Shown here piece after piece: positions 37,924 to 50,300 of a stretch of DNA of 62,467 nucleotides. Made by a program: the position numbers and the translations under genes. Location of the stretch: positions 8,450,456-8,512,922 of the forward strand of contig NC_057756.1 of NCBI RefSeq assembly GCF_004010195.1. The letters are read 5' to 3'. Every line of letters starts with the position of its first letter. Position 1 is the first letter of the stretch. Origin of the DNA: Chiloscyllium plagiosum. Taxonomy: Eukaryota. Under the pieces are notes generated by a model. It saw only the letters and a program-made list of their open reading frames with translations, made no database searches and was not told where the DNA came from.

Positions 37924-38270
37924 GCCCAGACCATTGCATAAGCCAATCTTCCGTCCATTGACTCTGTCTACACTTCCCACAATCTCAGGAAAGCAGCCTA
38001 CATCATCAAAGATCCCTCCCACCCCCGTTATAATCTCTTCCACCCTCTTCCATCAGGCAGAAAAGCTTAAACGCACGTAGCAACAGATTCAAGAACAGCT
38101 TCTTCCCTGTTGTTATCGGGATCTTGAATGGTACTTCTCAAATGTTCAATCTCATGTTGATCTCGCTCCTTGTGCACCTTCTCTATAGCCATGGCATTGT
38201 AGTCCTTGCTCTGTTCTATCACCCTAACACACTTTGGATGGTAGGATCTGCCTGTCCTGCACGCAAAACT
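37924..38270 (+). mobile_element. Rex1/Babar-like LINE 3' end
   Basis: LPSIDSVYTS..KAAYIIKDPSHP.YNLFHPLPSGR...RFKNSFFP motif. Confidence 0.75.
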
Positions 38271-38549
38271 CGATTTTTTGTTTGGTGTGGGGCTGCTAGT
38301 GCCATTTCCCCAGTCAATTCCTGCTGCTCAGTCACGTACAGTAACAGACCAACTGGCTCACCCTCATGAATTATCTGCTTCCTTCCGTACGCTGAGGATG
38401 TGACCATGTTGAGGAAGACACCAGCATCTGTTAAGGGACAGTCACTTGTTCGGAGTGAAAGACCATTTGTTGCAACTTTGCAGGGTATTGCCTGAGGCGT
38501 CACTCCCACTTGTCGAATGAGACATTCCAATTGTTCTTATTCTCATAAA

Positions 38550-39650
38550 TCTTAGAACCGTACACTGTAACGGAGGTCCTTTGACCCATCTAGCCTGTAC
38601 TGCCAAAACACACTAAGTGTAAGCTAGTCCTAATTTCCTGCACTTGGCCCATAGTGTTGAATGTTATGAAATTCCCATCCAAGTGTTTTTTTTAATGGTC
38701 GTGAGGTTTCTCAGCTCAACTACACCCCCAAACACTGTATTCCAGACCCCCACCCCCACCCCCACCATCACATACTTTCCTCAAACTCCCCTAAACCTCC
38801 TGCCTTTCACTTTGAAACGACGCCCCCTCCATCCCTCCCTTGTGATTGACCTTTCAACGAAGGGAACCAGCTGCTTCCTCACCACTCTGTCCATGCCCCT
38901 CATTTTTTTTTAATTCATTCACGGATGAGGGTCTCTCCTACTGGGCCATCATTTATTGCCCATACCTAAATGCCCGGGGGGCAGTCAAGAGTCAACCCAT
39001 GGCTGTGAGTCTGGAGTCACCTGTAGACACAGACCAAGTAAGGATGGTGATTTCCTTCCCTCAGGGACATTAGTGAACCGGGTGGGTTTTTCCAACAGTT
39101 AGCAATAGATTCCTGTTCATCATTAGACTCTTACTTCCACAGAGTTCATATTCCACCATCTACTGTTGTAGGATTTGAATGCAGGTCCCCAGACGATTTA
39201 CTGTGTTAACCGTTTGGCTGTAATAACACTAGTGTTATTACTTAGTGTTATTGCTAACACTTCTCCTTAGCCACCTCCATCAGGTCCCCCCCCCTCAACC
39301 TTCTCTGCTCCAGAGAAAATAACCCAAGCTTATCCAGTCTCTCTCTCCATTGCTGAACTGCTGCGTCCCAGGGGAACACTGTGGTGCATCTCCCTCTGTA
39401 CCCCCTTCCTCTACAATCACATCCTTCCTGTCGTGTGGGGGCCAGAACTGCACACAGTACTCCAGCAGTGGCCTCACCAAAGTTCAGTACAGCTCCAGCA
39501 TTACCTCCCTGCCGTTATAATCTATGCCATGACCAATGCTGAATGTCTTATTAACCACTTCTTAACCACGTGCAGGGATCTGTGGACAAGCACTCCAATA
39601 TCTCTCTGTACCCCTGAGCTACCTGTCCAATGAGCACTCCCTTGCCTTGC
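38550..39650 (-). mobile_element. CR1 3' part with an inserted SINE/LINE tail (about 38905-39230)
   Basis: VRPLLEYCVQFWPPHDRKDVI. Confidence 0.85.
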
Positions 39651-40257
39651 ACTGACATGTCTACATTTTACTAACTAGGTTAAAAATCACACAATACCAG
39701 GTTATAGCCCAATAGATTTATTTGGAAGCACTAGCTTTCAGAGCACTGCTCCTTCATCAGGTGGTTGTGGAGTACACGATTGTAAGACACAGAATTCATA
39801 GCAAAAGTTTACAGTGTGATATAACTGAAATTATACATTGAAAGGTACCTTGAATGTTTGTTCAGTCTCTCAGCTGTTAGAATGACCATGTTGGTTTCAG
39901 TTCTTTCATATTGCAACCTTTTTTTAAAAAGTTACATTCTCAAATGAACTTCAACAATTGGTGTCTGTCAGTCCAGATAATGTATTGAAGGTGTTAGCCC
40001 CCCTGTGTGCTGCTGTCTGTGCCATTATATGACTGTGACTGATTCTAATCTAAAAAAAATGAGTTAACAGAATCTTACATGGATTCATGCAGTTTTTTTG
40101 TGCAAAGTACAACGTAACTCTGCAAGTACAAATTCACCCCACAAACGTATATGTGTATGTGTGCATGTGGGTGTTAGCGAAGCTGGCATTTGAAAGGAAC
40201 AATGGCATGCGTTGATAAAATGTTTTCACCAAGATAAAACGTGTTATTTTTCAATAG

Positions 40258-40386
40258 TGCCCCACTGAGATCGTGTACACATCCGTGAATGTACAGCAGC
40301 AGAATGTAGGAACACCGAAGGGTTGGCACCATGAAGACAATGTCGATTCAGAAGAGATTGTCTATAGTGTTCTCAAACACAAGTAG
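40258..40386 (+). CDS. Terminal exon of an inhibitory receptor with two ITIMs: CPTEIVYTSVNVQQQNVGTPKGWHHEDNVDSEEIVYSVLKHK*
   Basis: gtgttatttttcaatag acceptor; only phase 0 is open; two I-V-Y-x-x-V/L motifs, each preceded by Glu; TAG at 40384-40386. Confidence 0.85.
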   Translation, partial: CPTEIVYTSVNVQQQNVGTPKGWHHEDNVDSEEIVYSVLKHK

Positions 40387-40844
40387 ATTTATTATGGATT
40401 GGTCAGAGATGTGTGGCTAAAATTGAGATTCCAGCTAAATAGTTTGATCACTGAGTGATCGACCCCCTCATTGACAGTGATAACACAATCGGAACTGTCC
40501 ATACTTTTTTCAAAGTACCTGTCAGAGAGGGGTGCAACAGGTGGGACTTGAAGCCGGCACTGCTGGCTCAGTGATAGGGACACTACCACCATCCCAGAAA
40601 GTTGCAAACCCATACTGAAGCCCGTGGACATTTGATACCCTGAGATCACGACATCAGCCAACAGACACTGCCACCACATCCCAGACTGGAAAGCATCATT
40701 AATAACCACAGCAGGAATGCCAAGAAGACCATCAGAAATAGGACAGGATTAGTTGGTCTGTTGTAACCTTTTTAGGTGGATGTCCAAGAGAATTTTTTTC
40801 TTTTCAATTGTGGTGTTGGGTTTTCCATTTGCCAAGATTTAAGG

Positions 40845-41380
40845 ATTTAGCCATTTGGCCACTTGAGCCTGCTCTGCCATTGGACAGGATCATGGGCTGA
40901 TCCGACATTCCTCATGTCCACTTTCCTGCCCTTTTCCTCGATCCCCTGACTGATCAGGAATTTCTCTATCACAGCCTTCAGTAGACACACGGACTCTGCC
41001 CCCACAGCTCTCTGTGGCAGGGAGCTCCAAAGGCCCACAACTCTCTGAGAGAAGAAACTCTTCCCCATCTCAGTCTGAATTTGGTGCCCTTTTATTCTGA
41101 GACAGTGCCCTCTGCCCCTAGACTCTCCCATGGGGGGGGACCCTCTCTCTCAGCATTGACCCTGTCCAGCCCCTTCAGAATCCGAAATGTTTCAGTGAGA
41201 TCGCCTCTCGTTCTAAACTCCAGTGAGGAGAGTCCCACCCAGTTTAAGCTTCGGTCAGGAGACAATCCCTCCATAGCAGGGGCCATCCTCGTGAACTGTC
41301 TCTGAATTGTTCTCAATGAAATGACCCCTTTCCTTCACAGCATTCCAGAGGTGGGGTCTCACTGGGACCTTGAATAGAAT
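40845..41380 (-). mobile_element. CR1 LINE 3' end
   Basis: RTRGDLTETFRILKGLDRV; SRGRGHCLRIKG..FFSQRVVGLWSSLPQ. Confidence 0.9.
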
Positions 41381-41491
41381 CATCACTTTTTGAAAGGTCA
41401 TGAACATGATGTAGATATTTCTGATGGAAGGAGATCCTTCGGTTCATCACGTATGAGCCTCTTGGTCAACAGCCATCTAGAATCATAGAAG

Positions 41492-41970
41492 CAGAATCCC
41501 TACAGTGTGGGCACAGGCCCTGCAGCCCAACAAGTCCACATCCACTCTCCGAAAGGTATCCCACCCTGACCTTATTACTCGACATTTTTCCCCTAACCTG
41601 CACATCCCTGGACACTATGGGACAATTTCGCATGACTAATCCACCCTAACCTGCACATCCCTGGACACTATGGGTAACTTAGCATGACTAATCCACCCTA
41701 ACCTGCTCATCCCTGGGCACTATGGGACAATTTCCCATGGCCAATCCACCATAACCTGCACATCCCTGGACACTATGGAACAATTTCCCATGGCCAATCC
41801 ACCCTAACCTGCACATCTTTGGACTGCGGTAGGAAACCGGAGCACCCGGAGGAAACCCACGCAGACACGGGAAGAATGTGCAAATTCCACACAGGCAGTC
41901 GCCCGAGGGTGGGATCGAACCCGGGTCCCTGGTGCCGTGAGGCAGCCGTGCTAACCACTGAGCCACCGTG
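41492..41970 (-). mobile_element. Full-length HE1-type SINE with an internal 53-bp tandem expansion
   Basis: Minus-strand head cacggtggctcagtggttagcac, B box ggttcgatccc, 4-5 internal units, CR1-like tail. Confidence 0.92.
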
Positions 41971-43736
41971 GTGATCCCGTTGTATTCCACCCACAGTTCG
42001 GAATGTTGTAACATTTCAGGTGAATATCCAAGAGATTATTTTTGTTCTAAATGGTGGTGTTAGGTCTTCCATTTGCCACGATTTAAGGCAATGCTTTTCA
42101 CATTCCTGTCACCCTCATGATGGTCCTCAAATTCACTTAAATCTTACTCAAAGACATTTTGTGCCTCATGGTTATTGAACTCTCTGCCATGGCCCATTGA
42201 TGTCATCATCAATCTGTTGTTGTGCTATCCTGTAAAATAACCACCTTCTCGGTCACATGTTGCCTGCCAGAACTAATTGCAAATAATGTATTAACACAGT
42301 TGTATAGTCCTTTGGATATATATTAAACCACAAACATTGCAGTGTCGTGATATTATTTCCTTATTGCCTATTCTGTTTGCATTCTGTCAGTTTTATTAAT
42401 GTCATGGTCTGGTCTACTTCTCCATTATACCACCCCTTGTTGTCCATTTAATTGGATGTGGTTCCTACTTGTAGACCTCTGGATCATCTTCACCTCCCCC
42501 TTTGAAAATGTGATGTCCGGAGTTCAACCAGCCTTCCAGAGTGGTCAAACAAATTGCTTACCAAGGGCTCCCGCGTTTGCCTATTCCATTGTCTCTATGG
42601 ACAACGCATTGTCACAAAGTTGGCATCTGAAAAATGGTAAAATTGTAAAATGAATTCAAAAGCAGTGCATGGTCCCTTTTAGAGATTGTGTTTTTGCAAG
42701 GTTTGTAGCTCAGGTTGAGGTTTAGGGTGTAGGTTTGCTCGCTGAGCTGTAGGTTTGATATCCAGACGTTTCATTACCTGGCTAGGTAACATCATCAGTG
42801 GCGACCTCCAAGTGAAGCGAAGCTGTTGTCTCCTGCTTTCTATTTATATGTTTGTCCTGGATGAGGTTCCTGGGGTTTGTGGTGATGTCATTTCCTGTTC
42901 GTTTTCTGAGGGGTTGATAGATGGTATCGAGATCTATGGGACAANNNNNNNNNNNNNNNNNNNNNNNNNNNNNNNNNNNNNNNNNNNNNNNNNNNNNNNN
43001 NNNNNNNNNNNNNNNNNNNNNNNNNNNNNNNNNNNNNNNNNNNNNNNNNNNNNNNNNNNNNNNNNNNNNNNNNNNNNNNNNNNNNNNNNNNNNNNNNNNN
43101 NNNNNNNNNNNNNNNNNNNNNNNNNNNNNNNNNNNNNNNNNNNNNNNNNNNNNNNNNNNNNNNNNNNNNNNNNNNNNNNNNNNNNNNNNNNNNNNNNNNN
43201 NNNNNNNNNNNNNNNNNNNNNNNNNNNNNNNNNNNNNNNNNNNNNNNNNNNNNNNNNNNNNNNNNNNNNNNNNNNNNNNNNNNNNNNNNNNNNNNNNNNN
43301 NNNNNNNNNNNNNNNNNNNNNNNNNNNNNNNNNNNNNNNNNNNNNNNNNNNNNNNNNNNNNNNNNNNNNNNNNNNNNNNNNNNNNNNNNNNNNNNNNNNN
43401 NNNNNNNNNNNNNNNNNNNNNNNNNNNNNNNNNNNNNNNNNNNNNNNNNNNNNNNNNNNNNNNNNNNNNNNNNNNNNNNNNNNNNNNNNNNNNNNNNNNN
43501 NNNNNNNNNNNNNNNNNNNNNNNNNNNNNNNNNNNNNNNNNNNNNNNNNNNNNNNNNNNNNNNNNNNNNNNNNNNNNNNNNNNNNNNNNNNNNNNNNNNN
43601 NNNNNNNNNNNNNNNNNNNNNNNNNNNNNNNNNNNNNNNNNNNNNNNNNNNNNNNNNNNNNNNNNNNNNNNNNNNNNNNNNNNNNNNNNNNNNNNNNNNN
43701 NNNNNNNNNNNNNNNNNNNNNNNNNNNNNNNNNNNN

Positions 43737-44222
43737 GAACACAGCAAGGCAGGCAGCATCAGGAGGGACAGGCAGGAGGCTGGAGGGACACAGCAAGGCA
43801 GGCAGCATCAGGAGGGACAGGCAGGAGGCTGGGAGAACACAGCAAGGCAGGCAGCGTCAGGAGGTGGAGAGGTCAACACTTCGGTTGGAACCCTTCTTCA
43901 GGACTGATGGTGGGGTGAGGGGATCTGCAGATAAAGGGGTGGGGGAAGTGGAGGCGGATTTTGTGTGGAGAGCCGGCTGCATGGTGAGGTCGGGATAGGT
44001 GGACACAGGTAGAGGGTACAGCCTGGTTGGTTGCTGGGTGGAATGAATCCGATTGGTAGCTGAAAGGATCAGTTGATGAGGGGTATGGAAGGGAGAGTAG
44101 GGGGCTGGGCAGGGACCTGGTGGATGGGAAGGGAGGTTATTTGAAATCGGAGAACTCAATGTTGAGTCCTCTGGGCTGTAGGCTGCCCAGGCGGAAGAGG
44201 AGGTGTTGTTCCTCCAATTTGT
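43737..44222 (-). mobile_element. Penelope-like GIY-YIG 3' end, with a 49-bp tandem repeat at 43737-43865
   Basis: Minus strand KLEEQHLLFRLGSLQPRGLNIEFSDFK*; repeated acacagcaaggcaggcagcatcaggagggacaggcaggaggctgg. Confidence 0.8.
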
Positions 44223-45299
44223 GGGCATTTGGAAATCAAGGGAAGGCAACTGTATCTGGAGAGTAATGATTGAGCTCTCACAGAAATCTTTAAGCCCTGA
44301 TTCAGCATCATCTAGAGGTGCATGGCACTCTTAATTAATATTCCTGACAGCAGAATTTAGCAAAGAAAGACTTGTGATGTGAGCTCAACAGAAGGTAAGA
44401 TCGGAGATAAAGTGGAAAAGACATCGATTGTGAGAATTTGGGAGGATTAAGTTTTATCGTTTTCTTCTTAATTGGGTTTATATAAATGGGAATTGTGATT
44501 ATCTGAACAACTTTCATCCCAGTAAAGTTTGTGCTTAGTTAGTGCTTCAGGGAGATTGTTCAGTTTGATAGTAATTTTGTTAATTTGCTCACTGCTGGAG
44601 TTTGGTGAATGAATTGCTGCTTGTAGAGGGGGTTAAAGGATTCCATTTCATTTCCCAACTCCGTTATAACAGATTGAGGGTAGGAGTTTGGCTATTCCCC
44701 CTTGTCACACTTCTTTATCAGATTAGGAGGTCGGTGTTTCGGTTTTAATTATCAGGGCGGGGGTCGACCTCCCCTTTGTAACAGTACAAAAGTGGTGTCC
44801 ATGAACTCAGTGTTCACGTTTCCAATTAGGCTGACGTAGTTGGCTTATTTTCGCTCAACTTTGTGAACTCAATTCCCACATCCATACAGGACTCTCCTTG
44901 TCAGACTCTCCCTTTGCCTGAGGTGTGGTGATCCTCCAGTTGAATCTGTTGCCCCTCTCTCAATGATCGGGCAGTCCCGGGGGGAGGGGGGGGCTCAGAG
45001 CTAACCTGTCCAGCTCTCTTGCAGATGCATCCTGTTCAATCTCGAATGCTTTCAGTTCTGCCTGTCTCAGTCTGCTTTCACACATTTCCGTTTCCTGCAA
45101 TTCACTGTGTATCTTGCACTCTCTCTTGCTAAACAGTGTGGAAATCCTTCTCCCTGTTTCCTATTCCTATGCTGAGCCTGGCCCTGCCCCCGCTGTTTCA
45201 GCCTCTCTGATTCAGTCCTTTTTTCTATAAACAAGACTTGGTCACAGAGAGATTACTCATTGCTTGTTTTTTTTTATTACCCCCACCCTACCGCCTAAC

Positions 45300-45550
45300 T
45301 GCAGTAGTGCTTTCCAATCCTCCCACTTTCTCCAAACAAAAGGAGTAGCCATGGGCACCCGCATGGGCCCCAGCTATGCCTGCCTCTTCGTAGGGTATGT
45401 GGAACAATCCATCTTCCGCAACTACACTGGCCCCACCCCCCATCTTTTCCTTCGCTACATTGATGACTGTATCGGCGCTACCTCGTGCTCCCACGAGGAA
45501 GTTGAACAGTTCATCCACTACACTAACACCTTCCACCCCGACCTCAAATT
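45300..45550 (+). mobile_element. Penelope-like reverse transcriptase fragment
   Basis: FLQTKGVAMGTRMGPSYACLFVGYVE...FLRYIDDCIG. Confidence 0.92.
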
Positions 45551-46228
45551 CGCGGTGATATCACTGTTACTGTATGCCTAGTGTTTGTCTTGATCTTGCA
45601 CATATCAAGAAAGGGAAACTTCATGCCTCAGAGATCACTAGATAGCAGAAAATCCCTTTAATACTTCAAAGTACTCTTTTGGTATGATCCTAGATATTGA
45701 ATATTGTTAGATATTATTACTGGAGCGAATCATAGATTTACATTTAAATAGTTCCCATTTCTGTCTTTGTTCACTCCTTTCCTCAGCAATATTTTGTGTT
45801 TGATTTTGTCTACTTTCTGTGGTTTTATTTACCCTAATGAAGAAGAGCATATCTTCTCAACATCACAACTATTGATCTCACCCTGCTTGGCTGTTGTATG
45901 GAACCCCCTACGTGTTAACCCCTTAAAGCCAAATACATAACAATATTGTCAAATTTGATGGAATTTTAATGCATTTACTTTAGGGGAAATTTGGCATGTT
46001 AATATGCTGCAGTTTTTCTTATCTGCGATGTTTTGTGTTATGTTGCTGAAAATATTACTGATGAAATACTTAGCAGTTGTAGTAAAATCATGCGTATACT
46101 TAGGATGAAGAAGATTATGAGTACCACATATGCTTGGTCCAGTTCTTGTTGGATTCATTTGGATATCAAAGTTGAAACTTTATTGCTGGAACAGCACAGC
46201 AGGTCAGGCAGCATCCAGGGAACAGGAG

Positions 46229-46264
46229 ATTCGACGTTTCGGGCACAGGCCCTTCTTCAGGAAT
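46229..46264 (-). ncRNA. Minimal type I hammerhead ribozyme motif in a Penelope-like terminus
   Basis: Minus strand AUUC-CUGAAGA-A-GGGC-CUGU-GCCC-GAAA-CGUC-GAAU: core boxes, 4-bp stems I and II, loopless stem III. Confidence 0.7.
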
Positions 46265-46479
46265 GAGCAGAGAGTGTTCAGCAGGAGAAGATAAAAGGTA
46301 GGGAGGAGGGACTTGGAGGAGGGGCGTTGGAAATGTGATAGGTGGAAAGAGGTCAAGGTGAGGGTGATAGGTGGGAGTAGGATGGAGGCGGAGAGGTCAA
46401 GAAGAAGACATTTCCAACTCCCCTCCTCCAAGTCCCTCCTCCCTACCTTTTATCTTCTCCTGCTGAACACTCTCTGCTC

Positions 46480-46515
46480 GTTCCTGAGGAAGGGCCTGTG
46501 CCCGAAACGTCGAAT
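46480..46515 (+). ncRNA. Minimal type I hammerhead ribozyme motif (second arm of the inverted repeat)
   Basis: GUUC-CUGAGGA-A-GGGC-CUGU-GCCC-GAAA-CGUC-GAAU. Confidence 0.7.
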
Positions 46516-46609
46516 CTCCTGTTCCCTGGATGCTGCCTGACCTGCTGTGCTGTTCCAGCAATAAAGTTTCAACTTTGATCTCCAGCATCTGCAGACCTCA
46601 CTTTCTCCT

Positions 46610-47065
46610 GCTTATTTATTCCCCCCAGCACCCATGGTGTGTATGTGTCGGTGTGAGACTTAGTGAGAGACACAAAGTGCACGAATCTTTATTCAATTTC
46701 CACCACCAGGAAGATAGGAAAATACCCAGGTGGCCAGTGACAAACACTGCCCTTCACATCAAAGGGCAGTGCTGTGTGATCAAAACAGTGAAGGGGAGGG
46801 TAGGGACTAAATCAAAATGGAGTTGGAGGGAGAAATGATGCACTCCACTCCCTGTGGCGCCCACCTCTCCCTGAACAACTCCAGGGTGTTGGTGGACACC
46901 GCGTGCTCCTTCTCCAAGGACACCCGGGCCCTAACGTAACCGCGGAAGAGGGGCAGGCAGTCGGCCCTAACGACCCCCTCCACGGCCCGCTGCCTGGACC
47001 TGTTGATGGCCAGCTTGGCCAGGCCCAGGGGCAGACCCACGAGGAGGTCTTCAGACCTGCCCTCC
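46610..47065 (-). mobile_element. Tx1-like (L1 group) LINE 3' end
   Basis: LGLAKLAINRSRQRAVEG...FRGYVRARVSLEKEH...FRERW C-terminus, then a 3'UTR with AATAAA. Confidence 0.75.
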
Positions 47066-47329
47066 CTCCTCCGTCATTGCCCGCTTTTTGAGTGAATAAC
47101 ACTACTTGCTCATCCAATTAAAACACAATTTACAAACAACGAGTCATTGCTGATGCTCTGGGAAGAGACCAGACTGCTCGGGACTCCACCTGGTGCTCAA
47201 AGTAACATGCTGCAGTCTCCGAATTCAGGAGAAAATGATACCCACCAAGCTGTATAAGTAGTCACCCACCTTCACATAAACCAAGGGTACTTCGGTACTG
47301 CCAGAGCTATAAGCTCACAAATAGAATAA

Positions 47330-50300
47330 TTAAAGAAATACCGATTTCATTAAGAAAATATAGATTTACATTAGAAAATATGCATTTAACTAAGAAAATG
47401 TAGATTTAGCTCAGAAAATATAAACTTGGCAAAGAAAATATAGATTAAGGAAAGAATGTATAGATTTAATAAAGAAAATGTAGATATAGCTCAGAAAATA
47501 TAGGCTTGGTAAAGAAAAGGTAGATTTAAAGAAAGAAAGTATGGATTTATTGAAGAAAATGTGGATTTAACAAAAAATTGAAATAAGACAATATAGATTG
47601 AACTAAGAAAATATAGATTTAACTAAGAAAATATAGATTTGAATGAGAATATGTAGATTTAACTAAGAAAATGTAGATTTAACTAAGAAAATGTGGATTA
47701 AATAAAAAAAGATTGAACTAAGAAACTATATTCAAAGTTTGAGAGAAGATTTGTGGGCGACACGGTAGCACAGCAGTTAGCACTGTTGCCTCACAGCGCC
47801 AGAGACCCGGGTTCAATTCCCGCCTCAGGCGACTGACTGTGTGGAGTTTGCATGTTCTCCCCGGGTCTGCGTGGGTTTCCTCCGGGTGCTCCGGTTTCCT
47901 CCCACAGTCCAAAGGTGTGCAGGTCAGGTGAATTGGCCATGCNNNNNNNNNNNNNNNNNNNNNNNNNNNNNNNNNNNNNNNNNNNNNNNNNNNNNNNNNN
48001 NNNNNNNNNNNNNNNNNNNNNNNNNNNNNNNNNNNNNNNNNNNNNNNNNNNNNNNNNNNNNNNNNNNNNNNNNNNNNNNNNNNNNNNNNNNNNNNNNNNN
48101 NNNNNNNNNNNNNNNNNNNNNNNNNNNNNNNNNNNNNNNNNNNNNNNNNNNNNNNNNNNNNNNNNNNNNNNNNNNNNNNNNNNNNNNNNNNNNNNNNNNN
48201 NNNNNNNNNNNNNNNNNNNNNNNNNNNNNNNNNNNNNNNNNNNNNNNNNNNNNNNNNNNNNNNNNNNNNNNNNNNNNNNNNNNNNNNNNNNNNNNNNNNN
48301 NNNNNNNNNNNNNNNNNNNNNNNNNNNNNNNNNNNNNNNNNNNNNNNNNNNNNNNNNNNNNNNNNNNNNNNNNNNNNNNNNNNNNNNNNNNNNNNNNNNN
48401 NNNNNNNNNNNNNNNNNNNNNNNNNNNNNNNNNNNNNNNNNNNNNNNNNNNNNNNNNNNNNNNNNNNNNNNNNNNNNNNNNNNNNNNNNNNNNNNNNNNN
48501 NNNNNNNNNNNNNNNNNNNNNNNNNNNNNNNNNNNNNNNNNNNNNNNNNNNNNNNNNNNNNNCACCCCTCAGCCTCCGACGCTCCAGGGAAAACAGCCCC
48601 AGCCTGTTCAGCCTCTCCCTGGAGCTCAGTTCCTCCAACCCTGGCAACATCCTTGTAAATCTTTTCTGAACCCTTTCAAGTTTCACAACATCTTTCCGAT
48701 AGGAAGGAGACAGGATTGCATATAATATTCCAAAAATGGCTTAACCAATGTCCTGTTCAGCCACAACATGACCTTCCAACTCCAACACTCTGACCAATAA
48801 AGGAAAGCATACCAAATGCCTTCTTCACTATCCTATCTACCTGCGACTCCACTTTCAAGGTCTCTTTGTTCAGCAAATCTCCCTAGGAAATTGCCATTAA
48901 GCGTATAAGTCCTGCTAAGATTTGCTTTCCCAAAATGTAGCACCTCGCATTTATCTGAATTAAACTCCATCTGCCACTTCTCATCCCATTGGCCCATCTG
49001 GTCAAGATCCCGTTGTAATCTGAGGTAATCTCCTTTGCTGTCCACTACATCTCCAATTTTGGTGTCATCTGCAAACTTACTAACTTTACGTGTTATTTCA
49101 CATCCAAATCATTTATGTAAATGACAAAAAGTAGAGGACCCAGCACCGATCCTTGTTGGCACACCAATGGTCAAAGGCCTCCAGTCTAAAAGAAAATATA
49201 GATTTAACTAAGAAAATACCAATTAAACTAAAGAAAATAGAGATTTAAATAAAAAAACTATACGTTTAACTAAAAAACTGTAGATTTAACTGAGAAAATG
49301 TAGGTTTCACAAAGAAAATGTAGGTTTAACTGAGAAAATGCAGATGTAATGAAAATATAGATTTAGCTATGAAAGTGTGGATTTATCGAAAAAATAGATT
49401 TAAATGAAAGAAAATGTAGACTTCACTAAGAAAATGTTGATTTACCTGAAGAAAATATGCATTTCAATAAGACAATATAGATTTAACTAAGAAAATGTAG
49501 ATTAAACTAAAGAAAATGCCCATTTAACGAACAAAAATATGGATTTAACCAAGAAAATGTATATTTGACTAAGGAAATATATGTTTAACTAAGAATGTAT
49601 GGATTTAACTAGGAAATGTTTAGTTTACACTGCAAAAATATAGATTTAGCTCAGAAAATATAGACTTCACGAAGGAAATATAGATTTAACAAAGAAAATG
49701 TCAATTAAACTGAAGAAAAATATAGATTTCACTGAAGAAAACATAGATTTACTAAAGAAAATATAAATTTGACTAAGAAAATGTAAATTAAACTAAAGAA
49801 AACGCTGATTTAATGAACAAAATATGGATTTAACTTAGAAAATGTCAATTTAATGAAAAAATATGGATTGAACTAAAAAAATGTATATATGACTCAGAAA
49901 ATACAGATTTAAGTAAGGAAATATAGAATTAACTAAGAAAATGTAGATTTATCTAAGAAAATGTAGGCCAGACTAAGAAATTCTAGATTTAACGAAATAA
50001 AATACAGATTTAACTAAAAAACTGTGAATTACTCTAAAGAAAATGCCAATTTATCTAAAGAAAATATAGGTTAAACTCAGAACACAGATTTATCTAAGGA
50101 AATGTTGGTTTTACTGAGAAAAAATAGGTTTAACTTTAAAATTGTGGATTTAATGGAAGAGAATATATATTTAACTAAGAAAATGTAAATTTAACTTAAA
50201 ATATCGATTGAACTATGAAAAATATATATGACTCAGAAAATATAGATTTAAGTGAGGAAATGTAGATTTAACTGGAGAAAATATAGACTGAACAAAAACA

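Larger units (their letters stand above)
46165..46608. mobile_element. Penelope-like terminus with 172-bp inverted arms
   Basis: 46165-46336 is the reverse complement of 46408-46579, about 3 mismatches by eye. Confidence 0.9.

Noticed and set aside
42755..43918. Long ORFs (200-390 aa) here and at 15836, 37251, 47718 and 58910
   Set aside because: They read through N-gaps; only the TM segment of the 58910-59851 ORF is meaningful.
44225..44785. Possible solo LTR ending in ...tgtaaca (also 25730-25910)
   Set aside because: No second copy, target duplication or internal ORF to support it.
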